Below, piece after piece: positions 8,562 through 20,843 of a stretch of DNA of 35,338 nucleotides. Both the position numbers and the translations under genes were made by a program. Numbering within the stretch: position 1 is the stretch's first letter; each line of letters begins with the position of its first letter. Location: NCBI GenBank assembly GCA_903907165.1, contig CAIVNC010000022.1, forward strand, positions 1 to 35,338, in the 5' to 3' direction. Source of the stretch: Candidatus Buchananbacteria bacterium. Its GTDB lineage: Bacteria > Patescibacteriota > Patescibacteriia > 2-01-FULL-39-33. The notes below the pieces were generated by a model. It saw only the letters and a program-made list of their open reading frames with translations, had not been told where the DNA came from and searched no databases.

Positions 8562-10208
8562 ATGACACAAAAGGAAGCTTTGGAAATTTTGAAAATGGGC
8601 CACAATGTTTTTATAACTGGCGCGGCCGGAAGTGGTAAGACTTATTTGCTAAATGAATACGTTAAATATTTAAGATCTAACGGCGTCGGTCTGGGTATTA
8701 CGGCTTCAACGGGCATTGCTGCGACCCACATGGGAGGCGTAACTATTCACTCTTGGACCGGCATGGGAATTAAGGATAAAATCAGTGGTCACGATCTGAT
8801 GGAGCTGGCGGAAAAATCTTATCTGCGCAAAAGATTTGATGAGGCTAAGGTGTTGGTGATTGACGAAGTTTCGATGCTTCATCATTATCGTTTAGATTTA
8901 GTCGATCAAATCGCCAAGGCTATGAAGAGAAATCAAAAACCGTTTGGCGGGATGCAAGTCGTGCTTTGTGGTGATTTTTTTCAGTTACCACCAGTTAGCC
9001 GGTTCGGAGAGGATGCGGCTCTTTTTGCCTATCATTCGGAAATTTGGAAATCAATGGATTTGAAAATTTGTTATCTAGAAGAACAGCATCGTCAGAATGA
9101 TTCTGAATTTTCCAATGTTTTAAATGCTATTCGTGATAATAAAGTTGGTGATAAGGTTTTGAAAACTTTAAAGTCTAGATTTAATTCCAAGCCGACAAAA
9201 ATAGAGCCAACGAAATTATATTCTCATAATAATGATGTTGATTTTGAAAATGAAAAGGAATTGTTAAAGTTGAAAGGCGAGTTATTTGTTTATGATATGA
9301 CCGGAGCGGGCAAAAGAGGTCTGGTAGAAACTTTGGAGAAAAGTTGCTTGGCGCCAAAAATTTTGAGAATAAAAAAAGGCGCGCGAGTGATGTTTGTCAA
9401 AAATAATTTTGAAGAAGGTTATGTTAATGGCACGCTTGGCGTGGTTGAGCATTGCGATGAGAGAAACATCAAAGTAAAGATTGCCTCTGGCCGGATTATT
9501 GAGGTTAAGCCGGCGGTTTGGGTGATTGAAGAAAATGATTCTATTAAGGCGCAGATAACTCAATATCCGTTACGTCTAGCTTGGGCAATTACGGTTCACA
9601 AAAGTCAGGGCATGTCACTTGATGCGGCGGAAATAGATTTATCGCGTTCCTTTGAACGAGGCATGGGTTATGTTGCTTTGTCGCGCGTTAGAAGTTTGTC
9701 CGGTCTTTCGCTTTTGGGTTTTAATGAAATGGCCTTGCGAGTTAGTGATGAGGTTAGGGATTTTGATCAGTTGTTTAGGGAAGAATCTCATCATCACTGC
9801 GCGAATTTGAGAAAGCAAAATCACAAAGAAGTTGAACAGCTTAAGAATGATTTTTTAATTTCAGTCGGTGCTGGCAAAAAAGAGCCAAAAAAGAAAAAAG
9901 GTGATACCTATTTGGAAACAAAAAAATTACTCGATGAAGGTTTTTCCATTTTTGATATTGTGGAAACTCGTGATCTGACCATGGGAACAATTATTAGTCA
10001 CTTGGAAAAACTAAGAGAGAGAAAGCAAGAAGTTGATTGGTCATTTATTTTTAGAATTGTTGCCTCTGATCGTCTAGAAAAAATTAAAAAAGCCTTGCTT
10101 TCTGGTGGCAAAGAAGAAGGAAAATATCGCTTGGTTCCCGCGATGTCAATTTTGGGCAGCGAGTTTTCTTTTGAGGAAGTGAGGCTGGTGAGATTATTAT
10201 TGGATTAA
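8562..10208 (+). CDS. PIF1-family (SF1B) DNA helicase with C-terminal helix-turn-helix
   Basis: GAAGSGKT, DEVSM, GDFFQLPPV, QYPLRLAWAITVHKSQGMSLD, YVALSR; C-terminal TYLETKKLL...TIISHL HTH-like segment. Confidence 0.9.
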   Translation: MTQKEALEILKMGHNVFITGAAGSGKTYLLNEYVKYLRSNGVGLGITASTGIAATHMGGVTIHSWTGMGIKDKISGHDLMELAEKSYLRKRFDEAKVLVIDEVSMLHHYRLDLVDQIAKAMKRNQKPFGGMQVVLCGDFFQLPPVSRFGEDAALFAYHSEIWKSMDLKICYLEEQHRQNDSEFSNVLNAIRDNKVGDKVLKTLKSRFNSKPTKIEPTKLYSHNNDVDFENEKELLKLKGELFVYDMTGAGKRGLVETLEKSCLAPKILRIKKGARVMFVKNNFEEGYVNGTLGVVEHCDERNIKVKIASGRIIEVKPAVWVIEENDSIKAQITQYPLRLAWAITVHKSQGMSLDAAEIDLSRSFERGMGYVALSRVRSLSGLSLLGFNEMALRVSDEVRDFDQLFREESHHHCANLRKQNHKEVEQLKNDFLISVGAGKKEPKKKKGDTYLETKKLLDEGFSIFDIVETRDLTMGTIISHLEKLRERKQEVDWSFIFRIVASDRLEKIKKALLSGGKEEGKYRLVPAMSILGSEFSFEEVRLVRLLLD

Positions 10209-10221
10209 AATATTTTCAAAC

Positions 10222-10251
10222 AAAAAACAGACTCAAGTGAGTCTGTTTTTT
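10222..10251. terminator. Bidirectional terminator
   Basis: AAAAAACAGACTC-AAGT-GAGTCTGTTTTTT between convergent genes. Confidence 0.85.
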
Positions 10252-10254
10252 ATT

Positions 10255-12501
10255 TTATTGAGTGGTTAAGGTATAAGTTGTTTTGCCGTTACTTGTTGTC
10301 GGAATTAAAATTTTCTTTAAACCATTGATTTTTGTCCTAGTTGGAGTGTCGAGGTAGTAGGTGACCGTTAAACCATTTAGTTTTTGGTATTCAGTTATAG
10401 CTTTTCTAGTGGCGGCACCGAAATATGTTGTTGGCGTGTACTTGCTTAGGGCGGTTGCTGCTGAATTACCCTTGTCTTGATTAACTAAGAAAATCTGTAA
10501 AGTTTTGACATCGCTGCTTCTTTGCCCGTATTTTAGATTGCTACTAAATTGTACTGAGATATTATCGTCGTTATCGGTTGGTGGCTGATTCTGCTCGGTG
10601 GCCGTGGTAAAACTTTTATCACTTCCAATAGCTGTGCCTAAAGTATTACTAGCATAAGTTTGGTAGTGGTAAGTTGTTCCTGGAATTAAATTATGTACCA
10701 CGTAATTAAAAGCAATGGTCGTGGTAACGGCTGGTCTTTTTTGATCTATGATTCCATAGGCAGTGCTGGTGCCGAGGTAGAAACCGCTATCGGTAATGTC
10801 TAGATTGCCAGTATCAATAATTATACCATTGAGGGAAGCGCTGCTTGTACTAATATTGTCAGCATTAAATGTTTCCACTGTTGGTTCGGAAGTGTTGATA
10901 TCCAAGGGAGAAGTGGTAAAGGTCTGGTCGGTGCCATAGGCTGTTCCGGAATTATTGGAAGCATAAGCCTGATAATGGTAGGTGGTGTTAGGAAGTAAAC
11001 CAGATAGACTAGAACTAAATGTTCCAATGCCAGTAATGGTTGGGCTCTGGGGTAAATTATTGCCGTAAGAGATGGTAGTGCCATAATTAAAACCACTACG
11101 AGTAATTGTAAGATTACCATCGCTGGTTATTGCACCGTTCAAAACAACATTATTTTGGCTTATGTTGTTAGCTAGGTTAGTAATTACGGTTGGAGCAGAA
11201 GTTGGCATAGTACAAGACTGTGAAATTATTGGGTTTCCACCGGTACAGCCAGTAGGAAGCGACGTAACAACCGTTCTAGTTTGTAAACTATTTACACAGG
11301 TTGACCAGCTAGTAGAATAGGTAAACGATGTACAAGTAGTAGTTTTGCCTAGGGCTAAAGCTACGGCATTGCCGAGAGGATATTTTTGAGCATCGGTTAC
11401 GCCACTGGCATTATATTCCTGGTCGTTCATCCACATAATCCAGCCACCCAGATTATTAGACTTAATATAATTCATCTTGTCAGTCAAAGATTGAGCATCA
11501 TCATAAGTAATAAATTGGTCATTACTTGCTCCAGAATTATCAATGCTTAAATAAGGCACATCAGCCGTTGCATCCCAATGCCAATTGGGATTACTAGAAT
11601 CTAGATTGCCATAGGTAGCTTTAATCTGAGCGTAAGTTTTTTGAACTGCAGGGCCACTTCCAGCGTAGAAACTTTGTTTTGGCGCTGTTACACCGTTGGT
11701 ACAAGCTGATGTTTGACAGACGCCAGTCATAGCATCGCCGTAAAAAGCTAAACCAAAATTTAATTTACCGCTATTGCCAGTAAGGCCACCGGCTAAATAA
11801 TTAGCTTTAACTGAGTCAAATGAGACAACTCCATTATATCCATGTAGAGCAGAATTATGCCAAACATAAGGATTCCAACTTCCAAGTCCTGCCTCGTCGT
11901 AAGTCATGACACTAATCCTATCTAATTTGTTGTAGATACCAATTGTGCTAGAAGTCCAATAACGAGCATCGACAGGGGAGGTGGCCACATCAACCGTCAG
12001 CAACTTGCCAGAGCCAAGGCTATTGCGCAGACTAGTCAAAAGATTAGTCATGTCATTTTGAATAGTTGTAGAACTAAAGTCTTGAGCTTCCCAGTCAATA
12101 TCGACACCATCGTAGCCGTAAGTATTGACGTTGCTAATAATACTGCTAACGAATCCATTAAGGTTCTTCTCAATAGCTGTTTTAAAGTAATTGGTCGATG
12201 CCCCAGTCTCTACAGAGAGAAGTACTTTAACATTATTAGCATGAGCCGCAGTGATTAAAGCCGGAGCCGTACCAGCTAGATTATTGGTAGTAATGTTAAG
12301 AGTGCCATCTGAATTCGGTCTGGCAGCCACATGATTCATGTGGGTGACAGAATTCCAGTCTATATTAGAAACAGCAACTGGATTATATGGCGTATAATTG
12401 CCAACACTCCAGGTATCGGCTAGCGATATTTTTGGCGCTAGTAGAAACACACCGGCCATTAAAAAAACGATCATGGCCAAGATCGTGGATCTTTTGGGCA
12501 T
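10255..12501 (-). CDS. Secreted GH18 glycoside hydrolase with TSP1-like, two FN3-like and peptidoglycan-binding-like domains (paralogue 2)
   Basis: Signal peptide; DGVDIDWE; GH18 domain highly similar to 5110-7227; LKYGQRSSDVKTLQIFL...YFGAATRKAITEYQKLNGL resembles PG_binding_1. Confidence 0.85.
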   Translation of the reverse strand: MPKRSTILAMIVFLMAGVFLLAPKISLADTWSVGNYTPYNPVAVSNIDWNSVTHMNHVAARPNSDGTLNITTNNLAGTAPALITAAHANNVKVLLSVETGASTNYFKTAIEKNLNGFVSSIISNVNTYGYDGVDIDWEAQDFSSTTIQNDMTNLLTSLRNSLGSGKLLTVDVATSPVDARYWTSSTIGIYNKLDRISVMTYDEAGLGSWNPYVWHNSALHGYNGVVSFDSVKANYLAGGLTGNSGKLNFGLAFYGDAMTGVCQTSACTNGVTAPKQSFYAGSGPAVQKTYAQIKATYGNLDSSNPNWHWDATADVPYLSIDNSGASNDQFITYDDAQSLTDKMNYIKSNNLGGWIMWMNDQEYNASGVTDAQKYPLGNAVALALGKTTTCTSFTYSTSWSTCVNSLQTRTVVTSLPTGCTGGNPIISQSCTMPTSAPTVITNLANNISQNNVVLNGAITSDGNLTITRSGFNYGTTISYGNNLPQSPTITGIGTFSSSLSGLLPNTTYHYQAYASNNSGTAYGTDQTFTTSPLDINTSEPTVETFNADNISTSSASLNGIIIDTGNLDITDSGFYLGTSTAYGIIDQKRPAVTTTIAFNYVVHNLIPGTTYHYQTYASNTLGTAIGSDKSFTTATEQNQPPTDNDDNISVQFSSNLKYGQRSSDVKTLQIFLVNQDKGNSAATALSKYTPTTYFGAATRKAITEYQKLNGLTVTYYLDTPTRTKINGLKKILIPTTSNGKTTYTLTTQ

Positions 12502-12621
12502 AAATTTTAATTTTAAAACATGTTTAGTGAAGCAAAGGCGTTCACTTTAAATATATTATACCATAATTTTGAAAAAAGTATTATATTTGCTATTTTATTT
12601 TTTTAATAAAAAAATAACTTT

Positions 12622-12650
12622 TTGACCTTTTTCCTTATTTGCTCTATAAT
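12622..12650 (+). promoter_or_regulatory. Promoter of the atp operon
   Basis: TTGACC (12622-12627), 17 nt, TATAAT (12645-12650). Confidence 0.7.
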
Positions 12651-12702
12651 GGAGGTGTCACAAACCAGCTGTTTGTCTAAAAATAGCTGATTTTAAAAAT
12701 CA

Positions 12703-12957
12703 ATGGCAGAAATAGACCAACAAAAGATTGAAAAGTCCAAGGACTCGGCCTGGTGGCAACCGGCCGTGTTTATGTTTTTGCGGTTATCGGTCTGGATTGC
12801 TGGGCCCCTTATCGTCGCGCTGTTTCTAGGAAGTTGGCTAGAGAGCCGTTATGGCTTAAAACCCTGGCTATCTCTCGCTGCCATTGGTCTAGCCTTTGTT
12901 GTTTCGATGATTGGTATCGTTCGGGTGACAATCAAGGAAATCAAGAAAATACCTTAA
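12703..12957 (+). CDS. AtpZ/AtpI-family two-TM ATP synthase accessory protein
   Basis: Two TM segments with LFLGSWLESRYGLKPW; first gene of the atp operon. Confidence 0.75.
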   Translation: MAEIDQQKIEKSKDSAWWQPAVFMFLRLSVWIAGPLIVALFLGSWLESRYGLKPWLSLAAIGLAFVVSMIGIVRVTIKEIKKIP

Positions 12958-12966
12958 TTTAATTAT

Positions 12967-14038
<1,072 letters not shown>

Positions 14039-14065
14039 TAGAATTTAGTCGTTAAATTATTTTTT

Positions 14066-14569
14066 ATGGAATCTATTGTTTCCGTTTTTCATCTTGATGT
14101 TAGGCTTTTTTTGGCTCAGGTAATTAATTTTGCCTTGGTTTTTGCCGTCTTGTATTTTTTTGCGCTCAAACCGCTGATGAAAGTCATGGCTGAGCGAACC
14201 GCCAAAATCGAAAAAGGTTTGACTGATGCTCAGGATTTTGAAAACAAGTTGGCTCAAGCAGGAGTTGATTATGATCAGAAAATCGTGGAGGCAGTTAAAG
14301 AAGCTAAAGAGATTATTAATAATGCTCAAGCTCAAGGAGAATTAAAACGTCAAGCGGAAGTTGAAAAAACCAAAGTGGAAATAAAAAATATTATCCAAGA
14401 GGAAAAAGAAAGACTAGCTCAGGAAAAAAGCGAAATGATGTTGGAAGTCAAAAAGTATGCTTCAGAATTGGTGGTTTTTTCTTTGGAAAAAGTTTTGGCG
14501 GATAACGCCACTTCATCGATTAAGGCAGAAATGATTGATGAGGCTATTAAAAAATATCAACAAAAATAA
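14066..14569 (+). CDS. atpF: ATP synthase F0 subunit b
   Basis: AQVINF TM segment, KPL...ERTAKI, long charged helix; operon position. Confidence 0.93.
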   Translation: MESIVSVFHLDVRLFLAQVINFALVFAVLYFFALKPLMKVMAERTAKIEKGLTDAQDFENKLAQAGVDYDQKIVEAVKEAKEIINNAQAQGELKRQAEVEKTKVEIKNIIQEEKERLAQEKSEMMLEVKKYASELVVFSLEKVLADNATSSIKAEMIDEAIKKYQQK

Positions 14570-14976
14570 TGAGTCTATCTGTCATACAATACGCCCAAAG
14601 TTTTTATGAAGCGACCAGAGAAGTAAAAAACGAAGACTTGGAAGAAGTGGTGGCTGAATTTGTTAAGCTTCTTGTTGCTGACAAGGCCACAACTCTAGTG
14701 CCGGAAATCATGGTTGATTTTTCTGAAATTTGGAATAAAGAAAACGGCATTGCTGAGCTTTTGATTACTTCGGCTAAGGAAATCAGTGAAACGCAAATGG
14801 CAGAACTGAAAAAGAAAGCTCTAGAATCGACTGGCGCTAAATCCGTGGTGGTTAAGAAAAATATCGATCCAGAAATATTAGGCGGACTAATCGTTAGAGT
14901 TGGCGACAGGATATTTGACGCTAGCCTGAAAGAACGCTTGGCTCAGCTTCAAAAAGCTTTGGTAAAAAAGAAATAG
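14569..14976 (+). CDS. atpH: ATP synthase F1 subunit delta (short form)
   Basis: [34 protein letters not shown]. Confidence 0.92.
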   Translation: MSLSVIQYAQSFYEATREVKNEDLEEVVAEFVKLLVADKATTLVPEIMVDFSEIWNKENGIAELLITSAKEISETQMAELKKKALESTGAKSVVVKKNIDPEILGGLIVRVGDRIFDASLKERLAQLQKALVKKK

Positions 14977-15032
14977 AATTGCGACCGGTGCTACCGGTGG
15001 GGAAGAATTTAGAATTTTTTAAATCAATTAGT

Positions 15033-16556
15033 ATGGCCGAAAAAAATCAAATCATCGAGCAGTTGAAAAAACAAATTGCCGACTTTAAATCCGTAACTAA
15101 AGAGCAGACAGTAGGAAAAGTGACTGAAGTCGGAGACGGCATTGTCAGAATTTCCGGTTTGGCGTCTGTCATGATGTCGGAAATGTTGGAATTCAAGGCT
15201 AAAGGTCAATCAGTTTTTGGCGTGGCTTTGAATCTTGAAGAAGACTCGGTTGGTGCCATTGTGCTTGGTGATCCAAATAGTATTAGAGAAGGCGATGAGG
15301 TGGTTTGCCTTGGTCGTATTCTCGAGGTTCCAGTAGGCGAGGCGATGGTTGGCCGCGTGGTCAACTCTCTGGGCCAGCCGGTCGATGGCAAAGATGAAGT
15401 CAAAACAGATAAATTTTATCCGATTGAAAAAGTGGCTGCTGGCGTTATTGCTCGTCAGGGTGTTGATCAGCCGGTGCAAACTGGTATCAAGGCTATCGAT
15501 GCTATGGTGCCAATCGGTCGCGGTCAACGCGAGCTAATTATCGGTGATCGTCAAATCGGTAAAACTGCTATCGCTATCGATACGATTATCAATCAGAAAG
15601 GCCAAAATTTGAAATGTGTTTATGTGGCTATCGGTCAAAAGGAATCCAAAATTGCCAGCATGATTCAAAAACTCAAAGCAGCTGGAGCGATGGAATACAC
15701 GACGATTGTTCTTGCTGGTGCTAGCGCGCCCGCTTCCATGATTTATATTGCGCCTTATGCTGGTTGTGCTATCGCGGAATATTTCATGGATAAGGGCGAA
15801 GATGTTTTGATTATCTATGATGATTTGTCCAAACATGCTGTCGCTTATCGTGAAATTTCTTTGCTTCTTCGCCGTCCACCGGGACGTGAGGCTTATCCTG
15901 GCGATGTTTTTTATCTCCATTCTCGTTTGCTGGAACGCGCTTGCCGAGTTAGCAAAGAATTTGGTGGTGGTTCGATTACTGCCTTACCAATTATTGAAAC
16001 TCAGGCCGGCGATGTCTCGGCTTACATTCCGACTAACGTCATTTCCATTACCGATGGCCAGATTTATCTCGAACCAGATTTATTTTATCAAGGTAATCGT
16101 CCAGCTGTTAACGCTGGTTTGTCCGTCTCTCGTGTCGGCAGTAGAGCCCAAATAAAAGCTATGAAAAAAGTAGCTGGCAAAATGCGTTTGGAAGCCGCTC
16201 AATATCGTGAGCTCGCTGCCTTTGCGCAATTTGGATCTGATCTTGATATTGAAACTAAATCCAAGCTTGAACGCGGTCGAAGATTGACTGAAATTTTAAA
16301 ACAAGATCAATATATGCCGCTGCCAGTGGCCAATCAAGTTTTAGTTTTCTTTGGTCTGATTGGTGGATTGTTTGACGATGTGCCGGTTGAAAAAATCAGA
16401 GAGTTTGAAGCTGGACTTCATGAATACGCCAATATGTCTGGCACTGAAACTCTAAAGAAAATTGCTGACACTGGCAATCTCGAAGCCGAAGTCGAGGAAG
16501 AACTCAAGAAAATTATCATTGATTATAAAAAGGGCGTTGATTATTTAATTAAGTAA
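15033..16556 (+). CDS. atpA: ATP synthase F1 subunit alpha
   Basis: [44 protein letters not shown]; start placed at ATG 15033 (MAEKNQ). Confidence 0.98.
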   Translation: MAEKNQIIEQLKKQIADFKSVTKEQTVGKVTEVGDGIVRISGLASVMMSEMLEFKAKGQSVFGVALNLEEDSVGAIVLGDPNSIREGDEVVCLGRILEVPVGEAMVGRVVNSLGQPVDGKDEVKTDKFYPIEKVAAGVIARQGVDQPVQTGIKAIDAMVPIGRGQRELIIGDRQIGKTAIAIDTIINQKGQNLKCVYVAIGQKESKIASMIQKLKAAGAMEYTTIVLAGASAPASMIYIAPYAGCAIAEYFMDKGEDVLIIYDDLSKHAVAYREISLLLRRPPGREAYPGDVFYLHSRLLERACRVSKEFGGGSITALPIIETQAGDVSAYIPTNVISITDGQIYLEPDLFYQGNRPAVNAGLSVSRVGSRAQIKAMKKVAGKMRLEAAQYRELAAFAQFGSDLDIETKSKLERGRRLTEILKQDQYMPLPVANQVLVFFGLIGGLFDDVPVEKIREFEAGLHEYANMSGTETLKKIADTGNLEAEVEEELKKIIIDYKKGVDYLIK

Positions 16557-16562
16557 TTTGTC

Positions 16563-17531
16563 ATGGCCAAGACTCAAGACATCAAAAGACGGATCCGCTC
16601 CATTGGCAATACCAAAAAAGTAACCAAGGCCATGGAGATGGTTTCGGCTGCCAAAATGCGCCGAGCCGTGGAAGCCGTTCTAAAAACCAGAGCCTATGCT
16701 GATTTAAGTTGGGGCACGGTTTTGAATTTGGCAGAGTCGTTCAAGGCCAAAGGAAATTTTCATCATCCGATGTTAGCCCCCAAAGACAAACCAGTTAATC
16801 GCATTGCTGTATTTTTGATCACTTCCAATCGCGGACTGTGTGGCAGCTTTAATTCGGCCGTGACCGCTCTCGCTCATCGTTTTGCTGACAAATGGAAAAG
16901 CCAAAATCAAGATGCTACTGTTGATTTTATTCTCTTGGGCAAAAAAGGCTCGGCCATCTATCGTCATTTTCATCACGTTGTCACTTCGGATTTTGTTAAA
17001 GCTGACTTAGCTGATGGCATCAAAGAAATTGTAGCGCCAGCTCAAGAAATAACTCAAGATTTTCTGATTGGTAAATATGATAAAGTATATGTCGCTTACA
17101 CGGATTTTGTCAGCATCGCGAGGCAAGTGCCAAAAATAAAACAATTGTTGCCAATGGATTTGGAACCGGCAGATGATCATCTAGGTATCATTAATAATGA
17201 TCCAAGACTGGGAGAAAGCAAATCGGATCTGGATAAAAAACAACAGGAAAGCTTGCCTCACGGCGATGTCACTCAAGAATATATTTTTGAACCAAGTCCC
17301 GAGGCGGTGCTCGATGAAATGTTGCCCAAATTAATTCAAGTTCAATTATATCAGGCACTCCTAGAATCCAATGCTTCGGAACACAGTGCTAGAATGTCAG
17401 CCATGAATCAAGCGACCGAGGCAGCGGGGGACATGGCAGCTGAGTTGACCTTGTTTTACAACAAAGCTCGGCAGGCGAGTATCACTGCAGAAATTGCAGA
17501 GATTAGCGCGGGAGTTAGCGCGATGAAATAA
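16563..17531 (+). CDS. atpG: ATP synthase F1 subunit gamma
   Basis: IKRRIRSI, KAMEMVSAAK, SNRGLCG, ASEHSARM, NKARQASIT. Confidence 0.98.
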   Translation: MAKTQDIKRRIRSIGNTKKVTKAMEMVSAAKMRRAVEAVLKTRAYADLSWGTVLNLAESFKAKGNFHHPMLAPKDKPVNRIAVFLITSNRGLCGSFNSAVTALAHRFADKWKSQNQDATVDFILLGKKGSAIYRHFHHVVTSDFVKADLADGIKEIVAPAQEITQDFLIGKYDKVYVAYTDFVSIARQVPKIKQLLPMDLEPADDHLGIINNDPRLGESKSDLDKKQQESLPHGDVTQEYIFEPSPEAVLDEMLPKLIQVQLYQALLESNASEHSARMSAMNQATEAAGDMAAELTLFYNKARQASITAEIAEISAGVSAMK

Positions 17532-17586
17532 GGATTAAGATTTTTACCACCGGCAGCGCCGGAGGCAGTACACTGCTCGCGATTGT

Positions 17587-17699
17587 TGTCATCCCGACCG
17601 GAGCACCAGCGGAGTGGAGGGATCCCTTGCATTTAATTGAATTAGAATTAAGGGATTCCTCCATTGCGTTCTGAGTACAGAACTTCAGTCGGAATGACA
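17587..17699. repeat. Nested palindromic (REP/RPE-like) element
   Basis: Outer IR TGTCATCCCGAC / GTCGGAATGACA; inner IR TGGAGGGATCCCTT / AAGGGATTCCTCCA. Confidence 0.7.
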
Positions 17700-17776
17700 G
17701 GTAGTTGTTCATTGAAATAAAATAAAAAACGCCCGCATCGATTTGACTCGATGTGAGCGTAGTATAGTGAACATGA

Positions 17777-18463
17777 TCATCTCCTTTTTGGCTTGGCGAC
17801 CAGTCTGGCGATTTTCTTCTGAAGCGGGAACAAATCGTCCTCAGTCTTGATCTTGGACAGTTCCATGAGAGCGAAAGCGTCACTGTAATCACCGTCAGCG
17901 ATAAGGGAATTAAAGAATTTTCTGACCCTGCCTTCGAAGTCGTCCGCTTTCAGATTCTTGAGAGATTTTTCCAGCCAAGCATGGATACTGTGTTCTGGAA
18001 ATTTTACCTCAGAGAAAAATATTAAGGCTCTGGCTTGATCATATTCCTTGTACATGATCATATCCTCAACGGAAGCAATGACATTTGTCTGAAAGTTAAT
18101 TTTATCGTCCGCTTCCTCTATTGCCGTCGCCAAAATGTTTCCCGCATCTTTGGCCGCCTCTTCTCTGATTAAAATCCAGTCCCTTATTGTTGGAACATAG
18201 CCTGGCTGAACAGTTTCGCCGCTAGGGACAACGATGCCTTTTTCCTCAATGGTCTCAGACAAGATTTTGAGATAATCAGGGTAACCGACTATCTCTTGGT
18301 CTTGGTTCTTGTCAAATTGAAAAAAATTCTTGCGTTTCCCTTCGGTTAAGAGACGCATAACTCTTTGCCAAAGGGTTCCGTCTCTGGCCATGGCGAAAGC
18401 CACGAAGAATAAAAGATTGTCAGCCCTCACCGTCTTTATAAAGGTAAGCTTTTTCTCTCTCAT
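17777..18463 (-). CDS. Hypothetical protein, antisense insertion in the atp operon
   Basis: 228-aa ORF with SD AGGAG (18471-18475, minus strand), no competing long ORF on +; no recognised motif. Confidence 0.65.
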   Translation of the reverse strand: MREKKLTFIKTVRADNLLFFVAFAMARDGTLWQRVMRLLTEGKRKNFFQFDKNQDQEIVGYPDYLKILSETIEEKGIVVPSGETVQPGYVPTIRDWILIREEAAKDAGNILATAIEEADDKINFQTNVIASVEDMIMYKEYDQARALIFFSEVKFPEHSIHAWLEKSLKNLKADDFEGRVRKFFNSLIADGDYSDAFALMELSKIKTEDDLFPLQKKIARLVAKPKRR

Positions 18464-18539
18464 TTTCTTTCTCCTATAGAAATCGTTGGTTTGTGAATCG
18501 GTTTGGGATTTAAGTCTGCTCTTGAACTTGATCGGTTGA

Positions 18540-20060
<1,521 letters not shown>

Positions 20061-20063
20061 TTT

Positions 20064-20525
20064 ATGTCAGAGAAAACTATCAAATTAGAAATAGCCACGC
20101 CGGAGCGAGTCGTACTCACCGAGGCGATAGCCCAAATAACTGTCCCGACTCGCGATGGCGAGATTACTATTTTACCGGGACATATTCCCTTGGTGGCTAG
20201 TCTTCGCGCCGGAGTGATTCACATCAAAAAAGAAAATGATGAGCCGGAAATTATCTCGACTTCCGGCGGGTTTATTGAAGTATTAATGGACAAGATTGTG
20301 ATTCTCGCCGATACTGCCGAGATGGCGGCCGAAATCGATTTGGCTCGAGCTGAAGAGGCTCATCGCCGAGCCGAGGAAATGAAAACTAATTTGCGTCATC
20401 AAGACGATGTGGACTTTGCCGAGGTCAATGCGGCCATCGAAAGAGAGCTTGCCAGAACTCATGCCGTCAAGCGTTGGCGTAACATAAAATCTATTTCTGG
20501 TAATCGAGAAGATAAAAGTGAATAA
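20064..20525 (+). CDS. atpC: ATP synthase F1 subunit epsilon
   Basis: IATPER, GEITILPGHIP, SGGFIEV, ILADTA. Confidence 0.96.
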   Translation: MSEKTIKLEIATPERVVLTEAIAQITVPTRDGEITILPGHIPLVASLRAGVIHIKKENDEPEIISTSGGFIEVLMDKIVILADTAEMAAEIDLARAEEAHRRAEEMKTNLRHQDDVDFAEVNAAIERELARTHAVKRWRNIKSISGNREDKSE

Positions 20526-20531
20526 CTTTTT

Positions 20532-20560
20532 TTGACAGGAATTTTTAATTGGAGTACAAT
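20532..20560 (+). promoter_or_regulatory. Near-consensus sigma70 promoter
   Basis: TTGACA (20532-20537), 17 nt, TACAAT (20555-20560). Confidence 0.7.
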
Positions 20561-20566
20561 TAAAAA

Positions 20567-20772
20567 TGCCCGAAAAAATAATTCTTATTCAGTTTTATGG
20601 CAAAAAGAAAACAGTCGTTCGGCAAAAAGTCGGGAGATGAAGCCACAAATAGTGGCGATAATCTGGACACGATTCCTGACTTGCATGGAGCTGAGATAGT
20701 AAGTGTCTAGTGGCATTTACTCTCAGCTAATCGACGAATATTTATCCACCCCGCGAGGTGGGTTTTATTTTT
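20567..20772 (+). ncRNA. Candidate structured small RNA, or 37-aa sORF (20597-20710)
   Basis: Own promoter, several helices and a terminator; family not recognised. Confidence 0.35.
20745..20772 (+). terminator. Rho-independent terminator
   Basis: CCACC...GGTGG stem followed by TTTTATTTTT. Confidence 0.65.
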
Positions 20773-20843
20773 GTAAAAAATAATTAGTCATTAAGTTTTT
20801 TATTTTCCAGAAAAATGTTATAATAAAAACGTAATCACAACTC

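Noticed and set aside
17515-17892. 125-aa minus-strand ORF
   Set aside because: Reads through the palindromic element and overlaps atpG and the 228-aa ORF; no protein-like motif.
20567-20772. TPP, SAM-I or c-di-GMP riboswitch, 6S, SRP or RNase P identity for the structured RNA
   Set aside because: Only fragments such as GCTGAGA and GGCAAA match; the other conserved elements are missing.
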